The notes: generated from the sequence alone by a model not told the origin. DNA of 64,000 nt from Peptococcaceae bacterium UBA5318 (GCA_002408285.1 DHRG01000049.1:5647-69646), one strand, 5' to 3'; counted from the first letter of the stretch, positions 27,957-38,843 are shown. Program-made: numbers and translations.

Positions 27957-29948
27957 TTAATAATTTTTAGCTTTTATGTATTGGATGAATCTTACCAGAT
28001 AACCTGTTTTACCTAACCAGGCAAAGAGGATAATCAGGACAAATGCAAAGACAAAACTGCCATAAGCATACCAAAGGGAGCGCAGGCGGACTTCCGTCTG
28101 CGTCATTCCATACAATTCTTGCAGCGACTGGGACCAGCTTTTGCCTTCCCCGATAGACACCAGGATGCCATAAAAGATATTGGGTTTTTTGTCCTGAAGA
28201 TATTTCAACATCAGCACATAGGGACCCTTGCCCAGCATCAGGGCGTTCCCCAGCTGTTCCAATTGCTGTTGCGGAAGGGTCTGCCAGCCCTTTCCATATA
28301 AAGAGCTTAGAAAATAACGGTGGAGTTGGAGATTGGTTTCTTCAAAATTAAAAGGCGCGGGGGTATATGAGAAAAAGAAGGGTCCGTCGTATTGCTGGGT
28401 CAAGGAGTTCGGTTTCCCCAAAAAGACAATATAAGGATAGGTATTTCCGGATGTCAGCGGAATAAAACGTGTTTCTTTGACCATCCTCAGATAACTATTA
28501 AACCATCTGGCAAGCTCATCCCGATCCTTTTCCGCATAATCTCCTAAGACCAGATTCGCGCCGCTGTAACGCAGCTTTGGTATTTCAAAGGAAAGCTGGC
28601 TGCTTAAGAAAAAGACGTCTTTGTTTCCGGTTGTGACCTGATGATGGTAAGCGTCCGCAGTCTTAAATTCATAGTACAAACGCTGCATAGACCGGTCGGC
28701 GGCAGGGATAAAAAACAACGGAAAATATTCGTATTGATAAGGCTGAAGCTGAAAGACCTTGGTTTGGACAGGCTCGTCTTCCCAGTTGTATTCTAAGATG
28801 ATGGTTTCAATGTCCCCGTCCGGATCCGTGACGTTGCAGCTTACGGTATATCCGGTATTCCCTTCGCCTAATTCCGCTTTAAGCAAGGAAATTTCCGGGC
28901 GGGCCGGCTTGATTTTGCCGGAAGGGATTTGGGCGGCCAACCAGCCCTGAATAAGAGGGTGTACCTGTAACTCGCGGGCCTGGTCGTATAAATCGAGCAG
29001 CTTGCCCGGAACTCGGGAGTAGAGATGTCCAACCTCCCAGTAAACGATGGGAGAGGTAGCCTCATCCTCATATAAAGACAGCCAGATCATCTTGGCTTCC
29101 TCAGTATTACCGGCTTTCTTCAAGTAATAAGCTTGGGCTATCCGGAAAGGTTCCCTGGCTTCAGGGTCTATTCGGTCGGCAATTTTACGGAACAGGGCAG
29201 CCGCTTCAAGATAATAGTGGTGTGCCAGATAACCCCGCAGGAGAGTTTTGTGTTCCCCGGACAGATTATCTTCCCATAATTCCCGGTCAGCTTTTAGATT
29301 GATCTTGATAAAAATATCTTCTATTTCTGAAGCATCGTTCCATTTCCAAACCATAGTATCGTCTTGAAAGTGAAAATCCCGGGGGCGGATATCGGAAAAC
29401 ATAGCGGGATGGATCTCGTTCAGATCAACTGTTACCGTAGCGGCGCCTTTTTCCGCCGCCCAAAAAGAATTTTTGGCTGGATGGTAGCCGCTGAATACTA
29501 TTTTGTTTGGCGATATACTTTCGAACTTATAAGTGAGGGACAAATCAAGCTCTGCGTTAGGCTCCAAAGTGATTTCCCAGGAATAGGCCTGCTTTTTTAT
29601 ATTGTAGGAGGCGTTGTATTCAAAACTGTCGTTCGCGGCTATGAAATAAGGCTTGCCGCCGGCCGTGGCGGGGTCTTCGCTGGAAGCGCGGGGAACAGGT
29701 ATCCATAAAGTAGCCCGGACCGCTTTTTCTGTAGGATTTACAAGATGATAAACCCCCTTCACGAGAGTATGGTCTTCATATAAACTGAGCGCCAGGTTTT
29801 TTTGGGTCAGTTCAAGGACGGTTTTTTTTGAGGGCTGGGGGTCGGTTGGTAAAAACAGGCTCCCCTCTTCCTGAGCCGAAAGGGGTTGCGCAAAACCCAG
29901 TTGAAGGAGTACAAAAAGTATTGGAATGACGATTAATTTATATTTCAT
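27957..29948 (-). CDS. Hypothetical exported protein with a C-terminal membrane anchor
   Basis: 663 aa with an N-terminal signal peptide (…GFAQPLSAQEE), a central TPR-like helical stretch and a C-terminal TM (SFVFAFVLIILFAWL). No catalytic motif recognised. Confidence 0.6.
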   Translation of the reverse strand: MKYKLIVIPILFVLLQLGFAQPLSAQEEGSLFLPTDPQPSKKTVLELTQKNLALSLYEDHTLVKGVYHLVNPTEKAVRATLWIPVPRASSEDPATAGGKPYFIAANDSFEYNASYNIKKQAYSWEITLEPNAELDLSLTYKFESISPNKIVFSGYHPAKNSFWAAEKGAATVTVDLNEIHPAMFSDIRPRDFHFQDDTMVWKWNDASEIEDIFIKINLKADRELWEDNLSGEHKTLLRGYLAHHYYLEAAALFRKIADRIDPEAREPFRIAQAYYLKKAGNTEEAKMIWLSLYEDEATSPIVYWEVGHLYSRVPGKLLDLYDQARELQVHPLIQGWLAAQIPSGKIKPARPEISLLKAELGEGNTGYTVSCNVTDPDGDIETIILEYNWEDEPVQTKVFQLQPYQYEYFPLFFIPAADRSMQRLYYEFKTADAYHHQVTTGNKDVFFLSSQLSFEIPKLRYSGANLVLGDYAEKDRDELARWFNSYLRMVKETRFIPLTSGNTYPYIVFLGKPNSLTQQYDGPFFFSYTPAPFNFEETNLQLHRYFLSSLYGKGWQTLPQQQLEQLGNALMLGKGPYVLMLKYLQDKKPNIFYGILVSIGEGKSWSQSLQELYGMTQTEVRLRSLWYAYGSFVFAFVLIILFAWLGKTGYLVRFIQYIKAKNY

Positions 29949-30064
29949 GGCCTGATTCCTCTCATCTGTGATATAGGTTTAACATTCCCATTTTAATAGA
30001 TATTTTAATTATGGTAAACACCTGATAGAATATAAACAGTTCATGAACTGGTAGGAGGAGAAGT

Positions 30065-31438
30065 ATGATAGACCTTATAGAAAAAACCATTCAGGCTGAA
30101 TGGAAAATAATTCTTTATAGGAATGTAATTAAGGACCCCTTGGTACAAAATTTCCTTGCGCTGTTAAAAGAACTTACCCGGACGATACCTGTCCCCTCTC
30201 AAGTTTTGCCCAGTTATTATAATTTTGCGGCGGCTTTTATTGACCGGGTTTCTTCTTTGGCCGATGAAGGGGGAAACTCCTGGAAGGATTATCTTCTTCA
30301 TTTGATCCTGCTGGATGAAAATCTCTTCAGCATCCAGGCGGAAGCCCATGATTATTCGGATATCCCCGCTTCATTAAGGAATATGGCTGAACGGGATATG
30401 GCCGAACTGCAAAAATTAGCCTCTCTATCAAATTTATTGATTCGGAAAACATTAGCGGAGAAAATAGGAAATTCTCCGGAAACAGAAAAATTACCGGACT
30501 GGGACAGCGTCTGCTTGCCTAAAGCTCAAGAAAATATCCGGCCTGAATACCGGCAAATCAGGCGCGTTTTTGAAAACGCGCCGCAATGGGAAACTCAGAC
30601 CCCGGTAGTGGCTGAATATTACCGCAAAAACGGGGTAGGCCAGTTCGGACGGTTTTACGCTTTCCGCTGGGTCAAAAATGGTCTTACGGGGGAGCTTACA
30701 GGAGTCAAACACCTTGATCCCATTCAGTTGCGGCATCTTTATGAGTACGAATTGGAACAGGGTAAGGTGATACAGAATACGGAGCAATTTCTCCTGGGGT
30801 ATGCGGCCAACAATGTATTGCTATATGGGGATCGGGGCACCGGAAAATCCTCTACGGTCAAGGCGTTGGTCAATACTTACGGTCATAAAGGGCTGCGGCT
30901 GGTGGAGGTAAGAAAACAAGACCTGGGGGATTTTCCTCAGGTTGTGAGTATGCTGGCTCAAAGGCGCCAGCGTTTTATCCTTTTTATTGATGACTTGTCT
31001 TTTAGCGAACAGGAAGGACAGTACTGCGAACTGAAAGCGTTGCTCGAAGGCGGATTGGAAGCCAAACCTGACAACGTTTTGGTATATGCCACCTCTAACC
31101 GGCGCCATTTGATCCAGGAGAGTTTTAGCGACCGGGCCGTTATAGGCTTTGATCCGGAGAGGGACGATGTGCGTCATATGGATACCATGGAGGAGAAACT
31201 TTCGCTGGCCGACCGTTTTGGGATCACGGTCACTTTTATAGCGCCGGATAAGAAACGGTATTTGTCTATTGTCGATAAATTGGCGCTGGAAAAAGGCCTG
31301 GATATACCTCAAGAGGAATTGCATCAACGCGCCATTAAATGGGAGATGAGCTTTAACGCCCGTTCAGCCCGAACCGCCAAGCAGTTCATAGATCATCTGG
31401 AGGGCCAGTTGGCTATGGAAAAAGGACAATCTATCTAA
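30065..31438 (+). CDS. AAA-type ATP-binding protein, DUF815 family
   Basis: 457 aa with Walker A GDRGTGKSS and Walker B ILFIDDLSF. Confidence 0.7.
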   Translation: MIDLIEKTIQAEWKIILYRNVIKDPLVQNFLALLKELTRTIPVPSQVLPSYYNFAAAFIDRVSSLADEGGNSWKDYLLHLILLDENLFSIQAEAHDYSDIPASLRNMAERDMAELQKLASLSNLLIRKTLAEKIGNSPETEKLPDWDSVCLPKAQENIRPEYRQIRRVFENAPQWETQTPVVAEYYRKNGVGQFGRFYAFRWVKNGLTGELTGVKHLDPIQLRHLYEYELEQGKVIQNTEQFLLGYAANNVLLYGDRGTGKSSTVKALVNTYGHKGLRLVEVRKQDLGDFPQVVSMLAQRRQRFILFIDDLSFSEQEGQYCELKALLEGGLEAKPDNVLVYATSNRRHLIQESFSDRAVIGFDPERDDVRHMDTMEEKLSLADRFGITVTFIAPDKKRYLSIVDKLALEKGLDIPQEELHQRAIKWEMSFNARSARTAKQFIDHLEGQLAMEKGQSI

Positions 31439-31564
31439 TAATTTATATGTTGACATCTCAATTCAAAGTTGTATAATAACCTATAAAAGAAAAGTCCACC
31501 GTAGAGAGATATATATCCGCCTAGGGTGGGCGTTCAAGATGAGCAGCAAGGGAGTTGGAGTCAT

Positions 31565-32584
31565 ATGAAAAAATACAAAATCGCAGTCGTGGGTATGGGA
31601 GCGGTCGGTCATGAAATGCTTACCATCCTTGAAAAATCTTCTTTACCGGTAGCGGAAGTGTTGCCGTTGGTGAGAAGAAACGAGGGTTCAAAAATCAAAT
31701 TCCGGGGCGAGGAATTTACGGTACAACTGGTAAAAGAAGGAATATTCAAAGGCGTGGATATTGCTCTTTTCTCGGCCGGCGAAGAGGCGAGCCGGGATTT
31801 ATCACCCCTGGCGATTCGCGAAGGGGCTGTAGTGATCGACAACAGTAACGCTTTCCGTATGGATCCCGATGTTCCGTTAGTTATACCGGAGGTCAATCCG
31901 GAGGCTGCCCGGAAGCATAAAGGATTGATCGCCAATCCGAATTGTTCTACCATTCAGATGCTGGTTGCCTTAAAGCCTTTGCATGATTTGTTCAAGATCA
32001 AAAGGATCGTCGTATCAACGTATCAGGCAGTATCCGGTACGGGCTACCAAGCTATTGAGGAACTGGAAAAACAGGTCGAGGCCCATGTAAAAAAGGAAAA
32101 ACTGGCTGTTAATGTTTACCCGCACCAGATCGCCTTTAATATGTTACCGCATATCGACAGTTTCCTGGAAAATGGTTATAGCAAAGAAGAAATGAAAATG
32201 TTCCATGAAACAAGAAAAATCTTCGCAGACCCTGATATCCAGGTCTGCCCAACTACAGTGAGAGTGCCGGTTGTATCTTGCCATTCCGAATCGGTGAATA
32301 TTGAAACTGAAAAACCCCTGCCCGGTTTTGACGAGATCGTAGAAATTCTCAACAATGCGCCGGGCGTAGAAGTGATGGACGATATCAAGAATAATGTTTA
32401 CCCGATGCCGGCTTTCTTGCAAGGAACCGATAAGGTCTATATAGGCCGTATTCGGAAGGATTTCACAATTGCCAACGGCCTAAACCTTTGGGTGGTCGCT
32501 GATAACCTGCGCAAAGGAGCCGCTTTGAATACCATTCAGATCGCTGAACTGTTAGCAGAAAAAAATTGGTTGAAGGGAGCTTAA
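31565..32584 (+). CDS. asd: Aspartate-semialdehyde dehydrogenase
   Basis: MKKYKIAVVGMGAVG and NPNCSTIQ (active-site Cys). The TTGACA-16-TATAAT promoter is near 31449. Confidence 0.9.
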   Translation: MKKYKIAVVGMGAVGHEMLTILEKSSLPVAEVLPLVRRNEGSKIKFRGEEFTVQLVKEGIFKGVDIALFSAGEEASRDLSPLAIREGAVVIDNSNAFRMDPDVPLVIPEVNPEAARKHKGLIANPNCSTIQMLVALKPLHDLFKIKRIVVSTYQAVSGTGYQAIEELEKQVEAHVKKEKLAVNVYPHQIAFNMLPHIDSFLENGYSKEEMKMFHETRKIFADPDIQVCPTTVRVPVVSCHSESVNIETEKPLPGFDEIVEILNNAPGVEVMDDIKNNVYPMPAFLQGTDKVYIGRIRKDFTIANGLNLWVVADNLRKGAALNTIQIAELLAEKNWLKGA

Positions 32585-32587
32585 CGA

Positions 32588-33745
32588 ATGCCCATCCTGG
32601 TTCAAAAATATGGGGGAACCTCCGTCAATACCATTGATAAGCGCAGTAAGGTTTTAGATAAGATTATTGCCGCCAAAAATAAAGGATACGATGTGGTCGT
32701 TGTCGTATCTGCGATGGGAAGAAAAGGGGAACCTTATGCCACAGATACTTTGTTGGATTTATTGCAGGCGGTAGGTCCTGACCCCCGTCCCAGAACCAAG
32801 GACTTACTTGCTTCCTGCGGTGAGATCATTTCGACTTGCGTTGTGGCCCATGCGTTGGAACAAAGGGGTTATCAGGCTTGCCCGATGACAGGCATTCAGG
32901 CGGGCATCGAAACGAACGAAGTCTATACGAATGCCCAGATTCAAAATATTGACTCCAATCGCGTTAAAGAGGCGCTGCGCAACGGAGAAATTGTAGTATT
33001 AGCCGGGTTTCAAGGCTATACCGGCGACATGTCCGTAACGACTTTGGGCCGCGGCGGAAGCGATACCACAGCGATCGCTATCGGGGGAGCGCTAGGCGCG
33101 GAAATGGTAGAAATATATACCGATGTGCCGGGCGTGGCTTTTACCGACCCCCGTTTGGTTCCGGAGGCTCCTTATTTAAAGAGTATTGACTTTTATCCAT
33201 TATATGTGTTGGCCAGAGCTGGGTCTAAAGTGGTCCATCACCGCGCGGTCCAAACAGCCATAACATATCGGCGGCCTTTTGTGGTCCGTTCTACCTTTGA
33301 CGATAAGGAAGGGACGGTAATAGGAGAAGCTGGGGAGAGCTTCAATGGTTTCTATGGTATTGCGCTGCAAAAAAATATTTTAGTCCTGCAGGTAAATGGC
33401 CAGGATCCTGATGGCTTCTGGAAAGGCAAAGCTGTAGATGAATTATTTTACCAAAACGATCAAAACGGCTGCGTCCTGGCCATACCCGCCGGCGCCTCCG
33501 GTTTCTTGCAAGAGGTCGGGAATACGGGATATGACATATCTGAGGAATGTGACCTCCTCACGGTGATGTGGGACCCCCAAAGTATGATTACCCCGAAAAA
33601 AATAGAGGAATTATTGGCAGAAGGGGACATCACCGCGCGGGGATTTTTTGATTTCAAATCCGGCGGGGCTTGGGCGGTTCCCGTTCCGCAAACCGGACCG
33701 GCGCTGCGGCTTCTTTTCCACAGCAGTAAAAAAGCGGTTTTTTAA
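32588..33745 (+). CDS. Aspartate kinase
   Basis: VQKYGGTSV, VVVVSAMG and GRGGSDTTA. Confidence 0.9.
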   Translation: MPILVQKYGGTSVNTIDKRSKVLDKIIAAKNKGYDVVVVVSAMGRKGEPYATDTLLDLLQAVGPDPRPRTKDLLASCGEIISTCVVAHALEQRGYQACPMTGIQAGIETNEVYTNAQIQNIDSNRVKEALRNGEIVVLAGFQGYTGDMSVTTLGRGGSDTTAIAIGGALGAEMVEIYTDVPGVAFTDPRLVPEAPYLKSIDFYPLYVLARAGSKVVHHRAVQTAITYRRPFVVRSTFDDKEGTVIGEAGESFNGFYGIALQKNILVLQVNGQDPDGFWKGKAVDELFYQNDQNGCVLAIPAGASGFLQEVGNTGYDISEECDLLTVMWDPQSMITPKKIEELLAEGDITARGFFDFKSGGAWAVPVPQTGPALRLLFHSSKKAVF

Positions 33746-33781
33746 ATCAGAGAAATTTAGTTAATAATGGATGAAAGAACA

Positions 33782-33825
33782 AGGCCACTATACTGCAATC
33801 GGCATAGTGGCCTGATGTATTATTT
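33782..33825 (+). terminator. Terminator after the asd-aspartokinase operon
   Basis: AGGCCACTAT-N12-ATAGTGGCCT followed by a T-rich tail. Confidence 0.65.
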
Positions 33826-33934
33826 CTTGAATAAAGTATTTTCCTTGAATAAAGAATAGTAAAGATGATATTGTTATAATATAAAAGATTACTGAATAGA
33901 AAGTAAACAGTGTTTCGGTGGTGGAGGCGAGAGA

Positions 33935-36900
33935 ATGAAGATTGACAAGTCAGTTCTAAAGTTTAAGGGTGTAAAATTAGTAACCGCCTTTGGCATTGTG
34001 GTGATAGCGTTTGCCTTGTTATTTACGGGCCTGGAACGGTTAGGATACTTTTTGCGCCCGGCCGCGACCGGGGAACTTAAGATCGTTGCTTTAAACCAGG
34101 ATAGTATAGGTGTTGCCGAGGATAGCGCGTTTTTGTTACAAAGCCCCAGCCCCCTGGATGAAAAAACAGTGTTAAAAACGCTTCAAGTCGAGCCTGGGTT
34201 CCAGTTTACCCTGGAAAAATCCGCCGGGGGCCGGGAATATACGATTATCCCTCAGGAAAGGCTGGCTTCGAATACCATTTATAAACTGTCGTTTGATACT
34301 ACCGGGATGGATAAAGATAATTTCCAATGGGCTTTCCAGACAAAGGGAAAATTTCGGGTTATAAGAACACTGCCTGCTGATAAAACCACCCATGTCCCGG
34401 TAAACACCGGCATTGAACTTACTTTTTCTTACGAGAAGTTTGATAATAATAAACTACAGGAATATTTCAAGGTTTCTCCACAGGTCGCGGGGCGTTTTGA
34501 AATACGCAAGAAGACCGTTACCTTTGTTCCAAAATCGCTTCAGCCGGCGACCGTCTATACCGTTACGGTAAAAAAGGGTTTTCCTCTTTTAGGGAGCGGG
34601 ACCGGGCTGGACGAAGATTATTCATTTAGTTTTGAAACTGCGCCGATAGAGAAAAAAACGACGCAGTTTACCTTTGATTTAGACGCTAAACTAATGGAGT
34701 TTTCTACTAAAGAAACGCCCGCTTACCCTGTTTATTTCTATTCGGACCGGAATAATCCGGTTGTTAACATATCTCTCTATTGCTACCCGGAATCAAAACC
34801 CTTTATCGAAGACCTTGCGGGCAGGGATGAAATTCCCTCCTGGTCATATTCCGCTTTAAACGGTTACCGTCAGGACATGAGTAAATTGTTTAAATATAGT
34901 GAGTTCCAAACAGAATTCCTGTCTGTGGATCCGTATAATCATTATCTTATTTTTCCTAAGCCCTTACCGGCAGGGTATTATACAGCGGAAATCAAAGCGG
35001 GAGAGGTTATCCGGCAGGTATGGTTTCAGGTTTCGGATTTGGCGGTTTATCAGGCTTTAAATGAGCAAAACTGTTTATTCTGGGCGAATGATCTTGAAAC
35101 GGGTAAACCTGTTCCAGACATCGCTTTATGGGTAGAAAGCCTTCAACAAAGCTTTTTTGGTAATAGCAGCGGGATTGTGTTAGTTGATAAAAACCTGCGG
35201 CGGAACAAAAAAGAGTACGCTTTACTGAAAGCCGCCGGGAAAGAATTAGTGGTCCCGTTAGAGGCTGCGGAGGCCGGTTATCAAAATAACAACAGTCAAA
35301 GCTGGCTGAAAGCCCGGGATTATTGGAAATACATATACTTGGACCGGGAACTGTATAAACCGGGCGATATAGTCCGTTTCTGGGGTGTTTTGGCGCCGCG
35401 GGCCGGGGATACCCGGCAAATCGAAGAAATTGAGCTGGAAGTGATGGGTACGGAGGGCCCGCTGTATGAAGGGGCTGAACACGCCCCCATTGTAACCAAA
35501 AAGGTAGCGGTCGCCGAAAAAACCTTTACGGGAGCAATACAACTGCCCGTACTCAAACCAGGTTACTATTATGTGAATGTTAAACTGGGAGCGGTAAATA
35601 TCATCTCCCGCGGTTTTTCAGTAGAAACATATCAAAAGCCCTCGTACCAGCTCGCTCTCGCTTCCGAGAAAGAGGCCGTTTTTTCCGGAGAAAAAACCGG
35701 TTTTTCAGCTACCGCCACTTTCTTTGAGGGTACGCCTGTACCGGGACAGGGTTTGACTTATTTTATAGATGGCGACAAGGGAACGGTTTACACTGACGAT
35801 AACGGGACAGCGGTTATTCCTTGTTCTCCCCAAGCGGGAGAAGACTTATTTCAACCCTATCGGTACCTTTATCTGGGCGTGAGCGCTACGATGCCGGAGT
35901 CGGGAGAAATCACAGCCTCCGGGGGCGTCTATCTGTTTAGAAGCAGCGTGTACCTGACAAGTGAAGTAAGACGCCAGGGAAATGCGTTTACTTTGCAAAC
36001 AAAATTATCTAATGTGGATTTAGACAGTATTAATTCAGGCTCCGATCCGACGGAGGAGAATTTTGTGCATAGCCCTGCGGGAAATAATTTGATCAAGGGG
36101 AGCATTTATCAAAATATCTGGGAGAAAGTAGAAGTGGGATCGCGGTATAATTTTATCAGTAAACAGGTTGAAAAAATATATTCTTATAAGCATTCCAGTA
36201 AACATATCAACGATTTTACCATGACCACCGATGACAATGGCGAAGCTGTCTACCACGGTAATCTTAATAATAGAAATTCTTACTATGCGGAGCTGGTCGC
36301 TCAGGACAGCCAGGGACGTAAAACAGGGAAACGGGTCACCTTATCCGTTGGCATGTATCAGGATGATCAAACGATGTACTATCACCTCAATGGGTCCCAG
36401 AAAGCCGAAGGGTACGCGGTGGGGGAGGATGTCGACATATCCTTTATGGGCAGCGAAAATATATTAGCCCCAAGGGAACAGGGATTCTTGTATTTCGGTG
36501 GGCAGAAAAGAATTGACACTTATCTGGTCAGCAACAGTCCGCAATACCGGTTTACCTTTAAAGATGACCACAGCCCAAATATCAATATATATGGGGTTTA
36601 TTTTGACGGCAGCGCTTACCATGAAACACCCTCCTACTTGATACCTTTAGATAAAAAAACCAAGCAACTGCAGGTTAAAATAGAAATTGACAAGAAAGTG
36701 TACCGGCCCCAAGAGAAAGTCAAACTCACCTTATATGTTACCGACTGTGATAATAAGCCGGTAAACGCCCAGGTGAATCTCAATCTGGTGGACGAAGCCC
36801 TTTATAGTCTGCAGGATCAACAAGTAAACCTTTTGACAGAGCTTTATAATGATTATATTTTTCCGCTGATGGTGACCCGGATATCCCATTTCCATCCTGG

Positions 36901-38803
36901 TTACATAGCAGGCGCGGAGTCGGGGGGAGAAGGAGATGGGAGCCGTGGGGACTTTCGTGATACCGTGCTTTTTACCAGTCTTAAAACGAACAGTAAGGGA
37001 AAGGCGGAAACGGAATTTTTCCTGCCGGATAATTTAACCTCCTGGCGCGTAACTTACCAAGCCTTCACGACTGACTTGCAGGGTGGGAGCGGGACCTGTC
37101 AAATTCCTGTAAAACAGCCCTTTTTTGTAGAAATGACGATGAATGATACAGCTCTGGAAGGCGACCAGCCCACCCTTATTTTACGCGCCTTTGGTGAAAA
37201 GCTTAGGCCAAATTATCTGGTAACCTATACAATGAAGCTGGTTAACCCCAAGGGCGAGGAATTCTTAGGAGCCGGGGTAGGGAAAGCCTTTCAGCCGTAC
37301 GATTTGGTTTTGCCGACGCTCATAAGCGGCAAATATCATTTGACGATAGAAGGAAGCAGCCAGGAATACCGCGATAGTATCACCCGGGATTTCATTGTTG
37401 AAAAGTCATTTTTGGAACAAACCGTGACCCGTTTTGATTTAGTAAAAGATGATTTGCGTTTAAAAGGATCACAGGAAGGAACCACGACCCTGATCTTTAA
37501 TGATTATGAGAAGACGCAGTATCTGACCGGACTATATAACTTGAGCTGCCTTTATGGTAGCCGGGTGGAACAACAAATAGCCAAAAGGGAAGCCAGAAAA
37601 TTATTAAATCAATATTTCCCGCAGGATAAATTCTTTTTCGACCCGGAGGATACGTCTTTGCAGCAGTATCAGAAACCGGACGGCGGGATCAGTATTTTGC
37701 CCTATGGCGAAAGTGATCTTGCGCTTTCAGCCTTGATAGCGTCTTATCATGCCGACGATTTCGATCAAAAAGCTTTGGCTGCGTATTTTTACCGGAAAAT
37801 TGACGACGGTGAAAACGCAGAAGATGAAACGTTAGCCCTCTTGGGTTTGGCCGCTCTTGACGAACCGGTGCTCACCGCCATTTATAACCGCTTGCAGGAT
37901 GTGTATCTGCCTTCGAGCGAAAAGATACATCTGGCTCTGGCTTGCCTCGAGATAGGCAACGGCGCTTTTGGGCGGCAGGTCTACCGTGAGATCATGAGTA
38001 AATATGGCGAAAATATGGGAACTTCTTTGCGGATGAATATCGGACTGGATCATAATGAAAAACTGCAAGCGACGGCCAAAATGGCCCTTTTAGCCGCAAG
38101 GTTGGAGCAACCGGAAAAAAACAAGCTGTATCAGCATCTCTTAGACTATCAGAATACGGAAACGCTTAATTCCATTGAACAGGTACAGATCTTACAGTAT
38201 CTTCTGCGCTATATGGACCCTGATCCGGTCGGCTTTACGTATAAACTAAATAATAACAAAGTAAGCAAAACCTTGAAGGACCGGGAGTATTTTAAGCTGA
38301 CCCTCCCTATGGGCGAGGCGGAGAATATCAGATTCAGCCAAATTCAGGGTAAAGTAGGAGTTATGTCTGCTTATACCAAACCCTATCAAATCCGAGACGT
38401 ATTGACCCAGGAGGGTTTGAATATCACACGTATGTACCGGGTCAATCAGAAGAAAGTAAATGTTTTGCACCGCACGGATCTGATCGAGGTGGTCCTTACC
38501 TATTCGGTCGGGGAAAAAGCGCCCGCCGGGGATTACGAAATCGTCGATATCCTTCCGGCTGGGCTGCGGTACATCACACGGCCCTATGTTTATGACCCGG
38601 AACGAAAAGTGAAATGGGTGTACCCCAGTGAGGTAAAGGGACAGAAGATCACTTTTGCCGTAGAAAAAGGAAGCGGCACGATTTCCTATTATGCCCGTGT
38701 TGTTACGCCGGGAAAATTTACTGTGGAACCGCCGCTTTTGAGTAATACCCGGAATTCAGGCATCCATTTCCTGGGAACCGGAAACAGGATCGAGATTAAA
38801 TAA
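33935..38803 (+). CDS. Membrane-anchored alpha-2-macroglobulin-family protein lacking an intact thioester motif
   Basis: 1622 aa with an N-terminal TM and repeated Ig/MG-like segments. It has the A2M hallmark FLPDNLTSWRV. At the thioester position it reads CLYGSRVEQ instead of CxEQ. Confidence 0.75.
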   Translation: MKIDKSVLKFKGVKLVTAFGIVVIAFALLFTGLERLGYFLRPAATGELKIVALNQDSIGVAEDSAFLLQSPSPLDEKTVLKTLQVEPGFQFTLEKSAGGREYTIIPQERLASNTIYKLSFDTTGMDKDNFQWAFQTKGKFRVIRTLPADKTTHVPVNTGIELTFSYEKFDNNKLQEYFKVSPQVAGRFEIRKKTVTFVPKSLQPATVYTVTVKKGFPLLGSGTGLDEDYSFSFETAPIEKKTTQFTFDLDAKLMEFSTKETPAYPVYFYSDRNNPVVNISLYCYPESKPFIEDLAGRDEIPSWSYSALNGYRQDMSKLFKYSEFQTEFLSVDPYNHYLIFPKPLPAGYYTAEIKAGEVIRQVWFQVSDLAVYQALNEQNCLFWANDLETGKPVPDIALWVESLQQSFFGNSSGIVLVDKNLRRNKKEYALLKAAGKELVVPLEAAEAGYQNNNSQSWLKARDYWKYIYLDRELYKPGDIVRFWGVLAPRAGDTRQIEEIELEVMGTEGPLYEGAEHAPIVTKKVAVAEKTFTGAIQLPVLKPGYYYVNVKLGAVNIISRGFSVETYQKPSYQLALASEKEAVFSGEKTGFSATATFFEGTPVPGQGLTYFIDGDKGTVYTDDNGTAVIPCSPQAGEDLFQPYRYLYLGVSATMPESGEITASGGVYLFRSSVYLTSEVRRQGNAFTLQTKLSNVDLDSINSGSDPTEENFVHSPAGNNLIKGSIYQNIWEKVEVGSRYNFISKQVEKIYSYKHSSKHINDFTMTTDDNGEAVYHGNLNNRNSYYAELVAQDSQGRKTGKRVTLSVGMYQDDQTMYYHLNGSQKAEGYAVGEDVDISFMGSENILAPREQGFLYFGGQKRIDTYLVSNSPQYRFTFKDDHSPNINIYGVYFDGSAYHETPSYLIPLDKKTKQLQVKIEIDKKVYRPQEKVKLTLYVTDCDNKPVNAQVNLNLVDEALYSLQDQQVNLLTELYNDYIFPLMVTRISHFHPGYIAGAESGGEGDGSRGDFRDTVLFTSLKTNSKGKAETEFFLPDNLTSWRVTYQAFTTDLQGGSGTCQIPVKQPFFVEMTMNDTALEGDQPTLILRAFGEKLRPNYLVTYTMKLVNPKGEEFLGAGVGKAFQPYDLVLPTLISGKYHLTIEGSSQEYRDSITRDFIVEKSFLEQTVTRFDLVKDDLRLKGSQEGTTTLIFNDYEKTQYLTGLYNLSCLYGSRVEQQIAKREARKLLNQYFPQDKFFFDPEDTSLQQYQKPDGGISILPYGESDLALSALIASYHADDFDQKALAAYFYRKIDDGENAEDETLALLGLAALDEPVLTAIYNRLQDVYLPSSEKIHLALACLEIGNGAFGRQVYREIMSKYGENMGTSLRMNIGLDHNEKLQATAKMALLAARLEQPEKNKLYQHLLDYQNTETLNSIEQVQILQYLLRYMDPDPVGFTYKLNNNKVSKTLKDREYFKLTLPMGEAENIRFSQIQGKVGVMSAYTKPYQIRDVLTQEGLNITRMYRVNQKKVNVLHRTDLIEVVLTYSVGEKAPAGDYEIVDILPAGLRYITRPYVYDPERKVKWVYPSEVKGQKITFAVEKGSGTISYYARVVTPGKFTVEPPLLSNTRNSGIHFLGTGNRIEIK

Positions 38804-38843
38804 ACTTATACATTTAAATAAATTTATACATTATAATTAAGTA

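Noticed and set aside
31470-31564. Possible lysine (L-box) riboswitch ahead of asd-aspartokinase.
   Set aside because: The leader between the promoter and the ATG is only about 90 nt, with one short hairpin and no terminator. That is too short for an L-box.
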